Below, in pieces: positions 10,277 to 19,063 of a stretch of 64,000 nucleotides of DNA. Source of the stretch: Micrococcales bacterium (GTDB lineage Bacteria > Actinomycetota > Actinomycetes > Actinomycetales > CAWJMD01); contig PDSI01000147.1 of the NCBI GenBank assembly GCA_002748415.1, forward strand, positions 13,852-77,851, written 5' to 3'. The notes below the pieces were generated by a model. It had not been told where the DNA came from, ran no database searches, and saw only the letters and a program-made list of their open reading frames with translations. A program made the position numbers and the translations under genes. Every line of letters starts with the position of its first letter. Positions within the stretch are counted from its first letter, which is position 1.

Positions 10277-11500
10277 ATGCCAACCGCGACCAAGACTTTC
10301 GCCTACACCGTACGTGACCGCAGCGGAAAGGTCGTCAACGGACAGGTCGATGCCGCCAGCCAGTCGGCGGCCGTCAACAAACTGAAGGGCCAGGGGCTGG
10401 CGCCGATCTCGGTGAACGAGGCCGGCACGGGGATGAACCGGGAGCTCAGCCTGCCGGGTTCGAACCGGGTGGGGCTCAAGGACATCGCCATCATGTCCCG
10501 GCAGTTCGCCACCATGATCAATTCCGGCCTGACGTTGCTGCGGGCGTTGAACATCCTGGCCGACCAGTCCGAGAACGCGGGACTGCGCAAAGCCCTGACC
10601 GACGTGCGCAACCAGGTCGAGGCGGGGACGTCGTTGTCGGCGGCGCTGGCCAGCCACGAGAAGGTGTTCCCGCCGTTGATGGTCAACATGTGCCGGGCCG
10701 GCGAGGTGGGCGGCTTCCTGGACCAGGCGCTGTTGCAGGTGGCCGACAACTTCGAGGCCGAGGTCAAGCTGCGGTCCAAGATCAAGGCGGCGATGACGTA
10801 CCCGGTCGCCGTCCTGGTCATCGCTATCGCCTGTGTGATCGGCATGCTCAAGTGGATCGTGCCGACGTTCGAGAACCTGTTCACCAGTCTGGGCGGTGAG
10901 CTGCCTGCACCCACTCAGGTGCTGGTGTTCCTCAGCAAACAGATGACGTGGTTCCTCCCGGTGTTCTTGGTGCTCACCGTCGTCGGCGTGGTGGTGTGGA
11001 GCCAGGTCCGCCACCAGGACAACGTCAGAAGCGTGGTGGACCCGGTCAAGCTCAAGACTCCGGTGTTCGGTCCGCTGTTCCAGAAGGTGGCGCTGAGCCG
11101 GTTCGCCCGCAATCTGGGGTCGATGATCCGTTCCGGTGTCCCGATCCTGCAGGCCTTGGAGATCGTCGGGGAGACCACCGGCAACATCGTGATCGAGAAG
11201 GCGCTGTTCGATGTGCGGGACAGCGTGCGGCAGGGTGAATCGTTGGCCGGGCCGTTGGAGCAGCATCCCGTCTTCCCGCCGATGGTGGTGCAGATGCTGG
11301 CGGTCGGCGAGGACACCGGCGCGCTGGACACCATGCTGCACAAGCTCAGCGACTTCTACGACAACGAGGTGGAGGCGACCACCGAGGCCTTGACCGCGCT
11401 GATGGAGCCGCTCATGATCGCCGTGCTGGGCAGCATCGTCGGCGGCATGATCATCGCCTTGTACATGCCGATCTTCCGGATCTTCGACCTGATCAAGTAG
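10277..11500 (+). CDS. pilC: Type IV pilus platform protein PilC (GspF family)
   Basis: RQFATMINSGL, AGEVGGFLD, AAMTYP, VGEDTGALD, ALYMPIF; three TM segments. Confidence 0.96.
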   Translation: MPTATKTFAYTVRDRSGKVVNGQVDAASQSAAVNKLKGQGLAPISVNEAGTGMNRELSLPGSNRVGLKDIAIMSRQFATMINSGLTLLRALNILADQSENAGLRKALTDVRNQVEAGTSLSAALASHEKVFPPLMVNMCRAGEVGGFLDQALLQVADNFEAEVKLRSKIKAAMTYPVAVLVIAIACVIGMLKWIVPTFENLFTSLGGELPAPTQVLVFLSKQMTWFLPVFLVLTVVGVVVWSQVRHQDNVRSVVDPVKLKTPVFGPLFQKVALSRFARNLGSMIRSGVPILQALEIVGETTGNIVIEKALFDVRDSVRQGESLAGPLEQHPVFPPMVVQMLAVGEDTGALDTMLHKLSDFYDNEVEATTEALTALMEPLMIAVLGSIVGGMIIALYMPIFRIFDLIK

Positions 11501-11525
11501 CTTCCGCCGGCTGCGTAACGGCATG

Positions 11526-11585
11526 CAGCGCCGGTGACCCTAAGCCCGACTCATCGGGCCGATCGGTCACCGGCGCTGGTCTTTT
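11526..11585 (+). terminator. Strong hairpin / intrinsic terminator after pilC
   Basis: 14-bp perfect stem CAGCGCCGGTGACC/GGTCACCGGCGCTG enclosing an inner GCCCGA-CTCA-TCGGGC hairpin, followed by GTCTTTT. Confidence 0.75.
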
Positions 11586-11617
11586 CGGGGTAGTGGAACC
11601 ACGGACAGCGTAACTGG

Positions 11618-11645
11618 CTCAAGCACATCCGGTTCCGGCCGATAA
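11618..11645 (+). promoter_or_regulatory. Putative FliA/WhiG (sigma-28) promoter upstream of the major pilin
   Basis: CTCA(AG)-N16-GCCGATAA; the -10 octamer equals the canonical sigma-28 GCCGATAA. Confidence 0.8.
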
Positions 11646-11707
11646 CCCAAGTGTCATCCCGCAGGAAACCACCTCCTGCATCACCCGCACACGAAAGGGA
11701 GCATCAC

Positions 11708-12124
11708 ATGCTCGCTCGTCTCCGCAAGGCTCACGAAGAGAACGACGAGGGTTTCACCCTCATCGAGCTCCTCGTGGTCATGATCATCATCGGCATCCTG
11801 GCCGCCATCGCCATCCCGACCTTCCTGAACCAGCGGAAGAAGGCCGTGGACTCCTCGATGAAGTCCGACCTGAAGACCGCGGCGACCGCCGCCGAGACCT
11901 ACTTCGTCGAGAACAACAGCTACAACGCGCTGAACGGCACCAACGCGGCCACCGGCCCGCTGGGCGTCGAGGTGTCGGACGGCAACGTGCTGAACATCAC
12001 CGCCACCGTCGACGACTACTGCATCGTGGCCTCCCGGGACACGGGCGCCACCTCGTCCACCCAGAACTGGGTGTACGACAGCGACGCGGGCGGCCTGCAG
12101 CCGAGCACCGTCACCTCCTGCTGA
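11708..12124 (+). CDS. pilA: Type IV major pilin
   Basis: Class III leader ending in G|FTLIELLVVMIIIGILAAIAIP with E5; two C-terminal Cys; GAAAGGGAG RBS; own promoter motif. Confidence 0.92.
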   Translation: MLARLRKAHEENDEGFTLIELLVVMIIIGILAAIAIPTFLNQRKKAVDSSMKSDLKTAATAAETYFVENNSYNALNGTNAATGPLGVEVSDGNVLNITATVDDYCIVASRDTGATSSTQNWVYDSDAGGLQPSTVTSC

Positions 12125-12158
12125 TCCGGGTGACGTAAGCGCCCTGGAGCGCTGCGAA

Positions 12159-12191
12159 GGGTGGCGCTGGCGCGCAGCGCCGGCGCCACCC
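12159..12191 (+). terminator. GC-rich stem-loop after the major pilin (terminator or 3' stabiliser)
   Basis: GGGTGGCGCTGGCGC-GCA-GCGCCGGCGCCACCC, 15-bp stem with one G:U pair. Confidence 0.7.
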
Positions 12192-12238
12192 GTCCGCTTT
12201 ATCGGCACCTTCTTCCGACCTACGAACCAGGAAACGAC

Positions 12239-12640
12239 ATGGACAGCACCGACGAGGGCTTCACGCTCCTCGAGCTGCTCGTCGTGCTCGTGATCATCGG
12301 CATCCTGGCCGCGATCGCCATCCCGAGTTTCCTGAACCAGCGGCAACAGGCCTACGCCGCCCAGACGGTGAGTGACCTCAGGGGCGCGGCGATCCATATC
12401 GAAGCCTGGCTGGCCGACCCGGCCCACTCGATCGCCACCTTGAACGGCCAGACCGAGAACAGTCCCGTCCTGGCCGGCGAGGGCTGGAAGGCCAGCGATC
12501 CCACATCGATGACCATCTCCGTCGCCGCAGACACGTACTGCATCCGCGCCACCCATACCAACATCACCACCCGGGAGTTCCGCTACCGCAGCGATCACGG
12601 AGTGGTGGAACAAGGCGCCACCGGCACCCTCAGCTGCTGA
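12239..12640 (+). CDS. Second type IV pilin (paralogue of the major pilin)
   Basis: MDSTDEG|FTLLELLVVLVIIGILAAIAIPSFLNQR; same YCI...terminal Cys pattern; AGGA RBS. Confidence 0.88.
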   Translation: MDSTDEGFTLLELLVVLVIIGILAAIAIPSFLNQRQQAYAAQTVSDLRGAAIHIEAWLADPAHSIATLNGQTENSPVLAGEGWKASDPTSMTISVAADTYCIRATHTNITTREFRYRSDHGVVEQGATGTLSC

Positions 12641-12671
12641 GACGCCATCACAGGAAAGAGAGCCAGCGAAC

Positions 12672-13970
12672 ATGCTTCGTCGCCTAGGACGCTCCCGGGC
12701 CACCTCCGAGGACGGCTTCAGCCTGCTCGAAGTTGTCGTCGCCCTCGCCTTGTTCATGATCATGTCGGCGTCCTTGGGCTACGCGCTCACCCGGGTGCTG
12801 CACACGAGCCGGTCCAACGAATCCCGCGTCATCGCGGCCAATCTGGCCGAACGCAAACTGGAGACACTGCGGTCGATGAACCCGCTCGACATCGCTTTGG
12901 GAGCGCACCCGCGAGAGACGGTCACCATCGAGAACCGCGACTACTTCCTGGATGTCCGGGCCTCCTACAACACCGTCGGCGAGTACCAGAACGCCTGCGA
13001 GGGTGCCAGCGGCAAAGCGTCGTTCACTGCCGTGCACATCGAAGTCAGCTGGAGCAAGATGGACGGCGTCCAGCCCATCCGTTCCGATACCACTTTCGCG
13101 CTGCCCGTCACGGGCGTGACGGCGACCACCGGTGTGCTCACGATCCCGGTCGAGGACGCCGCCGGCGAGCCGGTGCAGAACATGCCGGTGACGCTGACCG
13201 GCCCCACTGGGTCGGCGATGACCGCCACGACGATGTCCGACGGATGCGCCGTCTTCACCAACGTCGCGCCCAGCACCGGCTACACCGCGTCGGTGAACTC
13301 GCGCGGCTGGGTGGACAAGTCGGGAAAGCGAGTCTCCGAGCGGACCGGTTTGTCGGTGATCGCCGGTGAGGTGTCCAAGGCGGCCGGGTTCGTGTATGAC
13401 AAGGCGGCCACCGTCCGCATGCGTCTGACCCGGGCCGATGCGGCCGGTCCCGAATACGTATTCCCGCCCCAAACCGGAGTGACCCTGGCCAACGGGTCAG
13501 GTGGCTTCGGCGCGATCGGGCACCCGGTGTGTCCCGACGGATCACCGAATTGCGTCACCGTCGACGCCGGCGAACGGGAGCGCACCGGGCTGTTCCCGTT
13601 CACCGACGGGTACGAGACCTGGACCGGCACCTGCTCCACCGCGCACCCCGCGGTGAGTTCCCCGGTGGTTCCCAAACCGGGACAGTCGGCCACGATCGCC
13701 AACGCGAAAGCCGCGGCGCTGCGGTTCCAGGTCGTCGAGGCAGCGACCGCGGCGCCCGCAACGGGATGGTCGATCACGATCCGCAACGAGGATTGCGCCG
13801 GTGAGGTCTACGACCTGGGCTACTCCACGACAGAGCCGGTCTCCCTGTCCCTGCCACCGGGGAAATGGCGGCTGGAGGCCACCGACGGTGCGCGGACTGA
13901 GTTCACCAGGGTCAACTTGGCGGAGAACCAGCTGCTGCTCGACGGCGCGATCGTGGCGGTGAACGTCTGA
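12672..13970 (+). CDS. Large minor pilin (PilV/GspI-like N-terminus with beta-rich C-terminal modules)
   Basis: G|FSLLEVVVALALF, AANLAE; carboxypeptidase-regulatory-like segment DAAGEPVQNMPVTL...DGCAVF. Confidence 0.8.
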   Translation: MLRRLGRSRATSEDGFSLLEVVVALALFMIMSASLGYALTRVLHTSRSNESRVIAANLAERKLETLRSMNPLDIALGAHPRETVTIENRDYFLDVRASYNTVGEYQNACEGASGKASFTAVHIEVSWSKMDGVQPIRSDTTFALPVTGVTATTGVLTIPVEDAAGEPVQNMPVTLTGPTGSAMTATTMSDGCAVFTNVAPSTGYTASVNSRGWVDKSGKRVSERTGLSVIAGEVSKAAGFVYDKAATVRMRLTRADAAGPEYVFPPQTGVTLANGSGGFGAIGHPVCPDGSPNCVTVDAGERERTGLFPFTDGYETWTGTCSTAHPAVSSPVVPKPGQSATIANAKAAALRFQVVEAATAAPATGWSITIRNEDCAGEVYDLGYSTTEPVSLSLPPGKWRLEATDGARTEFTRVNLAENQLLLDGAIVAVNV

Positions 13971-14644
13971 TGCACAAGATCCGATCAGCGCATCGCCGCG
14001 GCAGCGACGACGGACTGACGATGACCGAGCTGCTGGTGGCCACCGTCATCATGATGATCGCCTCGACCGCCTTGCTGTACGCCTTCGTGCAGGGCATGAA
14101 CGCCTCCATCGTTTCCTCGTCGCGGACCGCGGACGCGATGACCGCGAAGACCGCCACCGAGAACGCGACCAAGGCGTTGCGCACGGCGCGAGATCCGGAC
14201 GGGGCCGACGGGCTCAAGGCATTCGAGCTGGCCGCCCCGGACGAAGTGATCTTCTACGCGGCGCTCAATCGCGGACCCTCGGACACTCCGGCACGAGTGC
14301 GGATCTACCGGGACGGCACGGAGCTGAAGATGAACACCGTGGAGGGGAGTACGAACCCCGCGACCGGGACCCTCCAGTGGACCGGTGCCGGCAGTACGCG
14401 GACCATCGGCCAGGACATCGTCGCCGGCTCCACTCCGGTGTTCGCCTACCTGACCAAACCGGACCCGGCGAGCGGACAGACCGAACCCACGCAGTCGTTG
14501 CTCACCAGCGGTGGGAAGATCGCCGACTCCGCCCTGAACGACATCGACGTCATCGAGGTGTCGCTGTCCATGAACAGCTCCTCGCGACGGAACACCACGA
14601 CCACCACCATCTCCCGCGTCTCGTTGTTGAACAAGAGGGACTGA
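13970..14644 (+). CDS. Minor pilin (PilW/GspJ-like)
   Basis: DDG|LTMTELLVATVIM; translationally coupled to the previous gene (TGATG). Confidence 0.8.
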   Translation: MHKIRSAHRRGSDDGLTMTELLVATVIMMIASTALLYAFVQGMNASIVSSSRTADAMTAKTATENATKALRTARDPDGADGLKAFELAAPDEVIFYAALNRGPSDTPARVRIYRDGTELKMNTVEGSTNPATGTLQWTGAGSTRTIGQDIVAGSTPVFAYLTKPDPASGQTEPTQSLLTSGGKIADSALNDIDVIEVSLSMNSSSRRNTTTTTISRVSLLNKRD

Positions 14645-14647
14645 CCG

Positions 14648-16279
14648 ATGAACACACACCTGTTCCGCCGCGCGCGCCGAGGCCAGGACGACAGTGGCTT
14701 CGCCATGGTCACCGTCATCGGCATCATGCTCGTGCTGACGTTGTTCGTGGTTGCGGCGACGACCTTCGCGGTCCAAGCCATACCGCAGTCCCGGCGAGCC
14801 CAGGACTACGCGGCCGCGATGGCGGCGGCGCAGGCCGGCGTCGACGACGTCCTGAGCCGGCTGAACAGCTGTGACACCTACTGGTCCACCCCGTGCGTCG
14901 GCAGCCCGCCGGAACCGGGCCGCTGGGACGGCAACCCGAGCGGGAGCCAGACCAATCGCTGGGCCGCGGTGCCCGGCTCGGCCGGATCGATGAACGCCCG
15001 GTACCGGTACACACTGGTGAGTACCCCGGCGACCACGCCCGGGCTGATCCGGGTCCAGGTCGACGGTGAGGTCAACGGGGTGCGGCGCACCATCACCGCC
15101 GACCTGCGCAAACCGAGCTTCCTCAACTACATCTACTACACCAACTTCGAAAGCCCCTCGCCCACACAGATCCTGGAGCGTCGCCCCGGTTTCTCCAGGG
15201 CCCAGGCTCAAGCATGCGCGCAGTACTACTACGACGTTCCCCCGGCACGGCGCACCGTTCGCCCCCGCTACTGCGACATCAACTTCATCGGCGGTGACGT
15301 GATCCGGGGCCCGTTGTACAGCAACGACGCGCTGCTGCTGATGGCCTACCGGGGCCAGCCGGGACCGCTTTTCCAGGGCAACACCGAGACGTACTGGCAG
15401 CAGACGTTCAACCCCGGCGCCGACCCGGCCGCGCCGTACCGGCGCAATTACGGCGGCGTTCCGCACCCCAGTGGCCGCACGCCCGTCATCGCCGACAAGA
15501 AGGTGGACCTGCCCGCCTCCAACAACGAGATCCGCGTGGCCGCGGAAACCGGCGGGTGCGTCTACGAAGGCCCCACCCGCGTTCAGCTGTACCGCAACGG
15601 AACGGTCCGGGTCACCAGCCCGCTCACCTCGCCCAGCTCGCTCAACCCCGGCTGCAGCTCAGGTGGCGTCACCCCGTTGCCGCCCAACGGCGTGATCTTC
15701 GTCAAGGCTTCCACCGCCGCATGCACCGGCAAGCCCACCGCCTACCCGTTGAAACCCGCCGACGTCACCCCGTACGACTGCAACGCCGGCACCGCTTTCG
15801 TGGAGGGAACGCTGCAGGGGGCCCTCACGCTGGCCAGCGAGCACGACATCATCGTCACCGACGACCTGACCTACAACACCGAGGCGGTCAATCCGAGCAC
15901 CGGTGCGGTGAACATGGCCGCGACCGACGTGATGGGGCTGGTGGCGCAAGGCTTCGTCCGGGTCTACAACCCGGTCGACCGCAGGGGAAACAACCTGGCC
16001 CGCTCCCAGGTGCGGAACATGCGCATCGACGCGGCGGTCCTGTCGGTGCAGAACTCCTTCACCGTGCAGAACTACCACCGGGGCAGGCGGCTGGGCAACC
16101 TCACGGTGGCCGGCGGCATCTACCAGAACCACCGTGGCCCGGTCGGTACCTCCAGTAGGCCCAGCACCGGCTACTTCAAGAACTACCTGTACGACACCAG
16201 GCTGCGCAGCCTGCCGCCGCCGCACTTCCTCAACCCGGTGGGTTCCGCGTGGGGCGTGGCCGGATTCAGCGAGGGCTGA
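14648..16279 (+). CDS. PilX/GspK-like large tip pilin, putative adhesin
   Basis: DSG|FAMVTVIGIMLVL lacking E5, AMAAAQAGV PilX-N motif; Cys-rich body; C-terminal GGIYQ..RG.VG..GY.K.Y.YD.RL...PP.F segment. Confidence 0.8.
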   Translation: MNTHLFRRARRGQDDSGFAMVTVIGIMLVLTLFVVAATTFAVQAIPQSRRAQDYAAAMAAAQAGVDDVLSRLNSCDTYWSTPCVGSPPEPGRWDGNPSGSQTNRWAAVPGSAGSMNARYRYTLVSTPATTPGLIRVQVDGEVNGVRRTITADLRKPSFLNYIYYTNFESPSPTQILERRPGFSRAQAQACAQYYYDVPPARRTVRPRYCDINFIGGDVIRGPLYSNDALLLMAYRGQPGPLFQGNTETYWQQTFNPGADPAAPYRRNYGGVPHPSGRTPVIADKKVDLPASNNEIRVAAETGGCVYEGPTRVQLYRNGTVRVTSPLTSPSSLNPGCSSGGVTPLPPNGVIFVKASTAACTGKPTAYPLKPADVTPYDCNAGTAFVEGTLQGALTLASEHDIIVTDDLTYNTEAVNPSTGAVNMAATDVMGLVAQGFVRVYNPVDRRGNNLARSQVRNMRIDAAVLSVQNSFTVQNYHRGRRLGNLTVAGGIYQNHRGPVGTSSRPSTGYFKNYLYDTRLRSLPPPHFLNPVGSAWGVAGFSEG

Positions 16280-16297
16280 CCCGAGAGCCCCCGCACA

Positions 16298-16326
16298 GTC
16301 AAGACGCTCCGGTAGCTGCCCGACAT
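16298..16326 (+). promoter_or_regulatory. Possible weaker FliA/WhiG-type promoter for pilD
   Basis: GTCA(AG)-N17-CCCGACAT; geometry would fit a leaderless start at ATG 16334. Confidence 0.4.
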
Positions 16327-17128
16327 GAATCCTATGTTCACCGCCCTGTTCGTTGCCTGGTGCACGGTTCTCGGGCTGATCGTCGGCTCTTTCCTCAACG
16401 TGGTCATCCACCGCGTGCCCCGGGGAGAGTCGGTGGTCAGCCCACCCAGCGCGTGCCCCGGCTGCGGGCACCGGATCAAGCCGTACGACAACGTGCCGGT
16501 GCTCAGCTGGCTGCTGTTGCGCGGTCGCTGCCGCGCCTGCGCGCAACCCATCAGCCCCCGGTACCCACTCGTCGAGGCCGGTACGGCAGCGGCTTTCGGG
16601 CTCACCGCATGGTGGTGGGGGTTGTCCTGGGAGTTGCCCGCGTTCCTCTACCTGGCCGCTGTCGCGGTGGCGCTCGCCCTGATCGACATCGACGTCAAAC
16701 GCCTGCCCGACGCGATCGTGCTCCCCAGCTACCTGGCCTGCGCGCTGTTGCTGGCGCTGGCTGCGGCCGGCACCGGAGAACCGGCGCGGCTGATCCGGGC
16801 CGGGCTGGGCGGGCTGGCCGGTTACGGGTTGTTGTTCGCGATCCGGGTGGTCAAACCAGCCGGTATGGGGCTGGGCGACGTCAAGCTCATGGGCGTGCTG
16901 GGCCTGTACCTGGGGTACCTGGGCTGGAGCCAGTTCGTCGTCGGCTTCTTCGCCGCGTTCCTGGTCGGCGGTGTCGCCGGGGTGTTCCTGTTGCTGTTCA
17001 CCACGGCCGGCCGCAAGGCCCGAATCCCGTTCGGTCCGTATCTGTTGCTGGGCGCTTACCTTGGGTTGCTGGTTGGTTCCCCGGTGGCTCAGTGGTACCT
17101 AGCCCTGACGGGATTGTCCGTCTCATGA
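16325..17128 (+). CDS. pilD: Prepilin peptidase / N-methyltransferase
   Basis: GSFLNVVIHRVP, CPGC...CRAC zinc motifs, IDIDVKRLP and GMGLGDVKL catalytic Asp motifs, PFGPYL; alternative start 16334. Confidence 0.96.
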   Translation: MNPMFTALFVAWCTVLGLIVGSFLNVVIHRVPRGESVVSPPSACPGCGHRIKPYDNVPVLSWLLLRGRCRACAQPISPRYPLVEAGTAAAFGLTAWWWGLSWELPAFLYLAAVAVALALIDIDVKRLPDAIVLPSYLACALLLALAAAGTGEPARLIRAGLGGLAGYGLLFAIRVVKPAGMGLGDVKLMGVLGLYLGYLGWSQFVVGFFAAFLVGGVAGVFLLLFTTAGRKARIPFGPYLLLGAYLGLLVGSPVAQWYLALTGLSVS

Positions 17129-17201
17129 TGACGGATTTGCCTTGCACGGTGAGCCGAACGGGCGAATCGCAAGGAGTACATCAAGCCGGGAGCCCGCACG
17201 G

Positions 17202-17230
17202 CTCAAGGCGGGGCGCAACCGCCCCGATTC
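17202..17230 (+). promoter_or_regulatory. Putative FliA/WhiG-type promoter upstream of pilM
   Basis: CTCA(AG)-N17-CCCGATTC about 50 nt before the pilM start. Confidence 0.55.
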
Positions 17231-17278
17231 ACGTCGAGGACAGTGCACCGACCGGTGCTGCTGGGAAGGGGAACGGTC

Positions 17279-18325
17279 GTGGCGAAACGCAACGCCATCG
17301 GTCTTGACATCGGCACCTCGGGTGTCCGCGCGGCTGAAATGTCTTTCAGCAGTGCCGGAATGACCCTCGCGCAGTTCGGCCAAGTGGCCCTGCCGGAGGG
17401 CGCCGTGCGAGACGGTCAAGTCATCAACCAGCCGGTGGTCGCCGACGCGATCCGGACCTTGTGGTCGCAGACTTCGTTCAGCACCAAGAAGGTGATCATG
17501 GGCGTGGCCAACCAGCGTGTTCTGGTCCGCCAGCTGGACATGCCCAAGATGCCGGCCGGCGAGTTGAAGAAGGCACTGCCCTATCAGGTCCAGGAATTCC
17601 TGCCGATGTCGGTCCAGGACGCGGTGCTGGACTTCCACCCGATCGAGACGGTCAACCGCGACGGTTCCGAGCAGATCCGTGGCCTGCTGGTGGCAGTGTC
17701 CAGAGACGTGGTCCTCGGTCACGTGGAGACCGCGGAGAGCGCCGGGCTGCAACCGACCATGGTGGATCTGTCCTCGTTCGCGGTGCTGCGCACCTTGGGC
17801 GAGGCCAGCGACGCCGACCAGACGGTCGAGGCACTCATCGAAATCGGCTCCGCGGTGACCAATCTGGTGGTTCACCAAGGCGGCGTGCCGCGGTTCGTGC
17901 GCATTCTCATGATGGGCGGGCAGCACATCACCGACCACGTGTGCGAACGGATGGGAATCCCGTACGCCGAAGCCGAACAGACCAAGCAACGGCTCGGCCT
18001 GACGCCCGGCGAAGGCCATGACAAGGTGGCGTCGCGCGTGCTCGAGGGCGCGATCGGCGGTTTCATCGACGAGGTGCGCGGGTCTATCGACTACTTCAAC
18101 GCCTCCAACCCGACCGGCCGGGTGCAGCGGATCGTGCTGTCCGGCGGCGGCTCCAGCATGCGCGGACTGGCGCAGCGGCTGGCCACCGAGCTGCAGACCA
18201 CCACGGTCGCGGCGGATGCGCTCAGCCGCTTCGGCGTGGGGGACACCGGACTGAGCGATGAGCAGCTGGCCGCGGTTTCGACCGTCGGTGCGGTGCCCAT
18301 CGGCCTGGCGATTGGAGCTGTGTGA
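17279..18325 (+). CDS. pilM: Type IV pilus assembly protein PilM
   Basis: AIGLDIGTSGVRAAE, LPEGAVRDG, IEIGSAVT, LSGGGS, PIGLA actin-like fold motifs. Confidence 0.95.
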   Translation: MAKRNAIGLDIGTSGVRAAEMSFSSAGMTLAQFGQVALPEGAVRDGQVINQPVVADAIRTLWSQTSFSTKKVIMGVANQRVLVRQLDMPKMPAGELKKALPYQVQEFLPMSVQDAVLDFHPIETVNRDGSEQIRGLLVAVSRDVVLGHVETAESAGLQPTMVDLSSFAVLRTLGEASDADQTVEALIEIGSAVTNLVVHQGGVPRFVRILMMGGQHITDHVCERMGIPYAEAEQTKQRLGLTPGEGHDKVASRVLEGAIGGFIDEVRGSIDYFNASNPTGRVQRIVLSGGGSSMRGLAQRLATELQTTTVAADALSRFGVGDTGLSDEQLAAVSTVGAVPIGLAIGAV

Positions 18326-19059
18326 TGTCCATCAATACCGACAAGGGCGCAACGCCCGCGGAACTCGACCAGGAAATCCGCACCCCGTATTCGGTGCCGC
18401 GGGTGAACCTGCTGCCACCGGAAGTTTTGGAGCGGCGGGCCGTCCGCAAGGTGAAGATCGGTGCCGCGGCCGGGCTGGTGGCCACTCTGGCCGTCGCCGG
18501 CGGGTTGTACACGATGGCGGCGATCGATCGCGGTCATGCGCAGGACGATCTCGCCGCGCAGCAGCAGATCAACACCCAGTTGCAGGCCGAGGCGGACAAA
18601 TACGTTCAGGTGCCGCGCATCCTCAGCCTCATCGACGCGGCCAAACAGGGCCAGCGCGAGGCGATGTCGCGCGACATCGCCTGGTCCACCGTGGTCGGCC
18701 AGATCGCGGCCACCTACCCCAGCGACGTGTGGCTGACCAACCTGAAGGCCAGCCTGAACGCTGAGGAGCTCGCCGACGCGGGCAGCGTGCCGACACTGGC
18801 GGACCCTGGCGTGGCCACGGTCACCGTGGACGGGCAAGCCCGTAGTCACCCCGCTGTGGCCAACTGGCTCGACTCGCTGGAAACCGTGCCGAACGTCGCC
18901 GGTACCTCGCTGAGCGTCTCCGAGCTGGTCGAAGAAGACGGTCAGGTGGTGGCCGAGTACACCAACACCGCCACGCTGGGCAAGGGTGCCTATACCCACA
19001 AGTACGACCAGGTGGAAACCGAGACCGAGGCCGATCAGGCCGCTGAGGATGAGGGCTGA
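18322..19059 (+). CDS. pilN: Type IV pilus assembly protein PilN
   Basis: VNLLP PilM-binding motif, TM helix, coiled coil, PSDVWLT. Confidence 0.92.
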   Translation: MMSINTDKGATPAELDQEIRTPYSVPRVNLLPPEVLERRAVRKVKIGAAAGLVATLAVAGGLYTMAAIDRGHAQDDLAAQQQINTQLQAEADKYVQVPRILSLIDAAKQGQREAMSRDIAWSTVVGQIAATYPSDVWLTNLKASLNAEELADAGSVPTLADPGVATVTVDGQARSHPAVANWLDSLETVPNVAGTSLSVSELVEEDGQVVAEYTNTATLGKGAYTHKYDQVETETEADQAAEDEG

Positions 19060-19063
19060 GCAG

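Noticed and set aside
11708-12124. Major pilin N-terminus resembles Geobacter PilA (aromatics at mature positions 1, 24, 50, 51, 57), suggesting a conductive e-pilin
   Set aside because: Positions 27 and 32 are Gln and Val, only about 8 of ~123 mature residues are aromatic, and there are long aromatic-free gaps; the similarity reflects the generic type IVa helix
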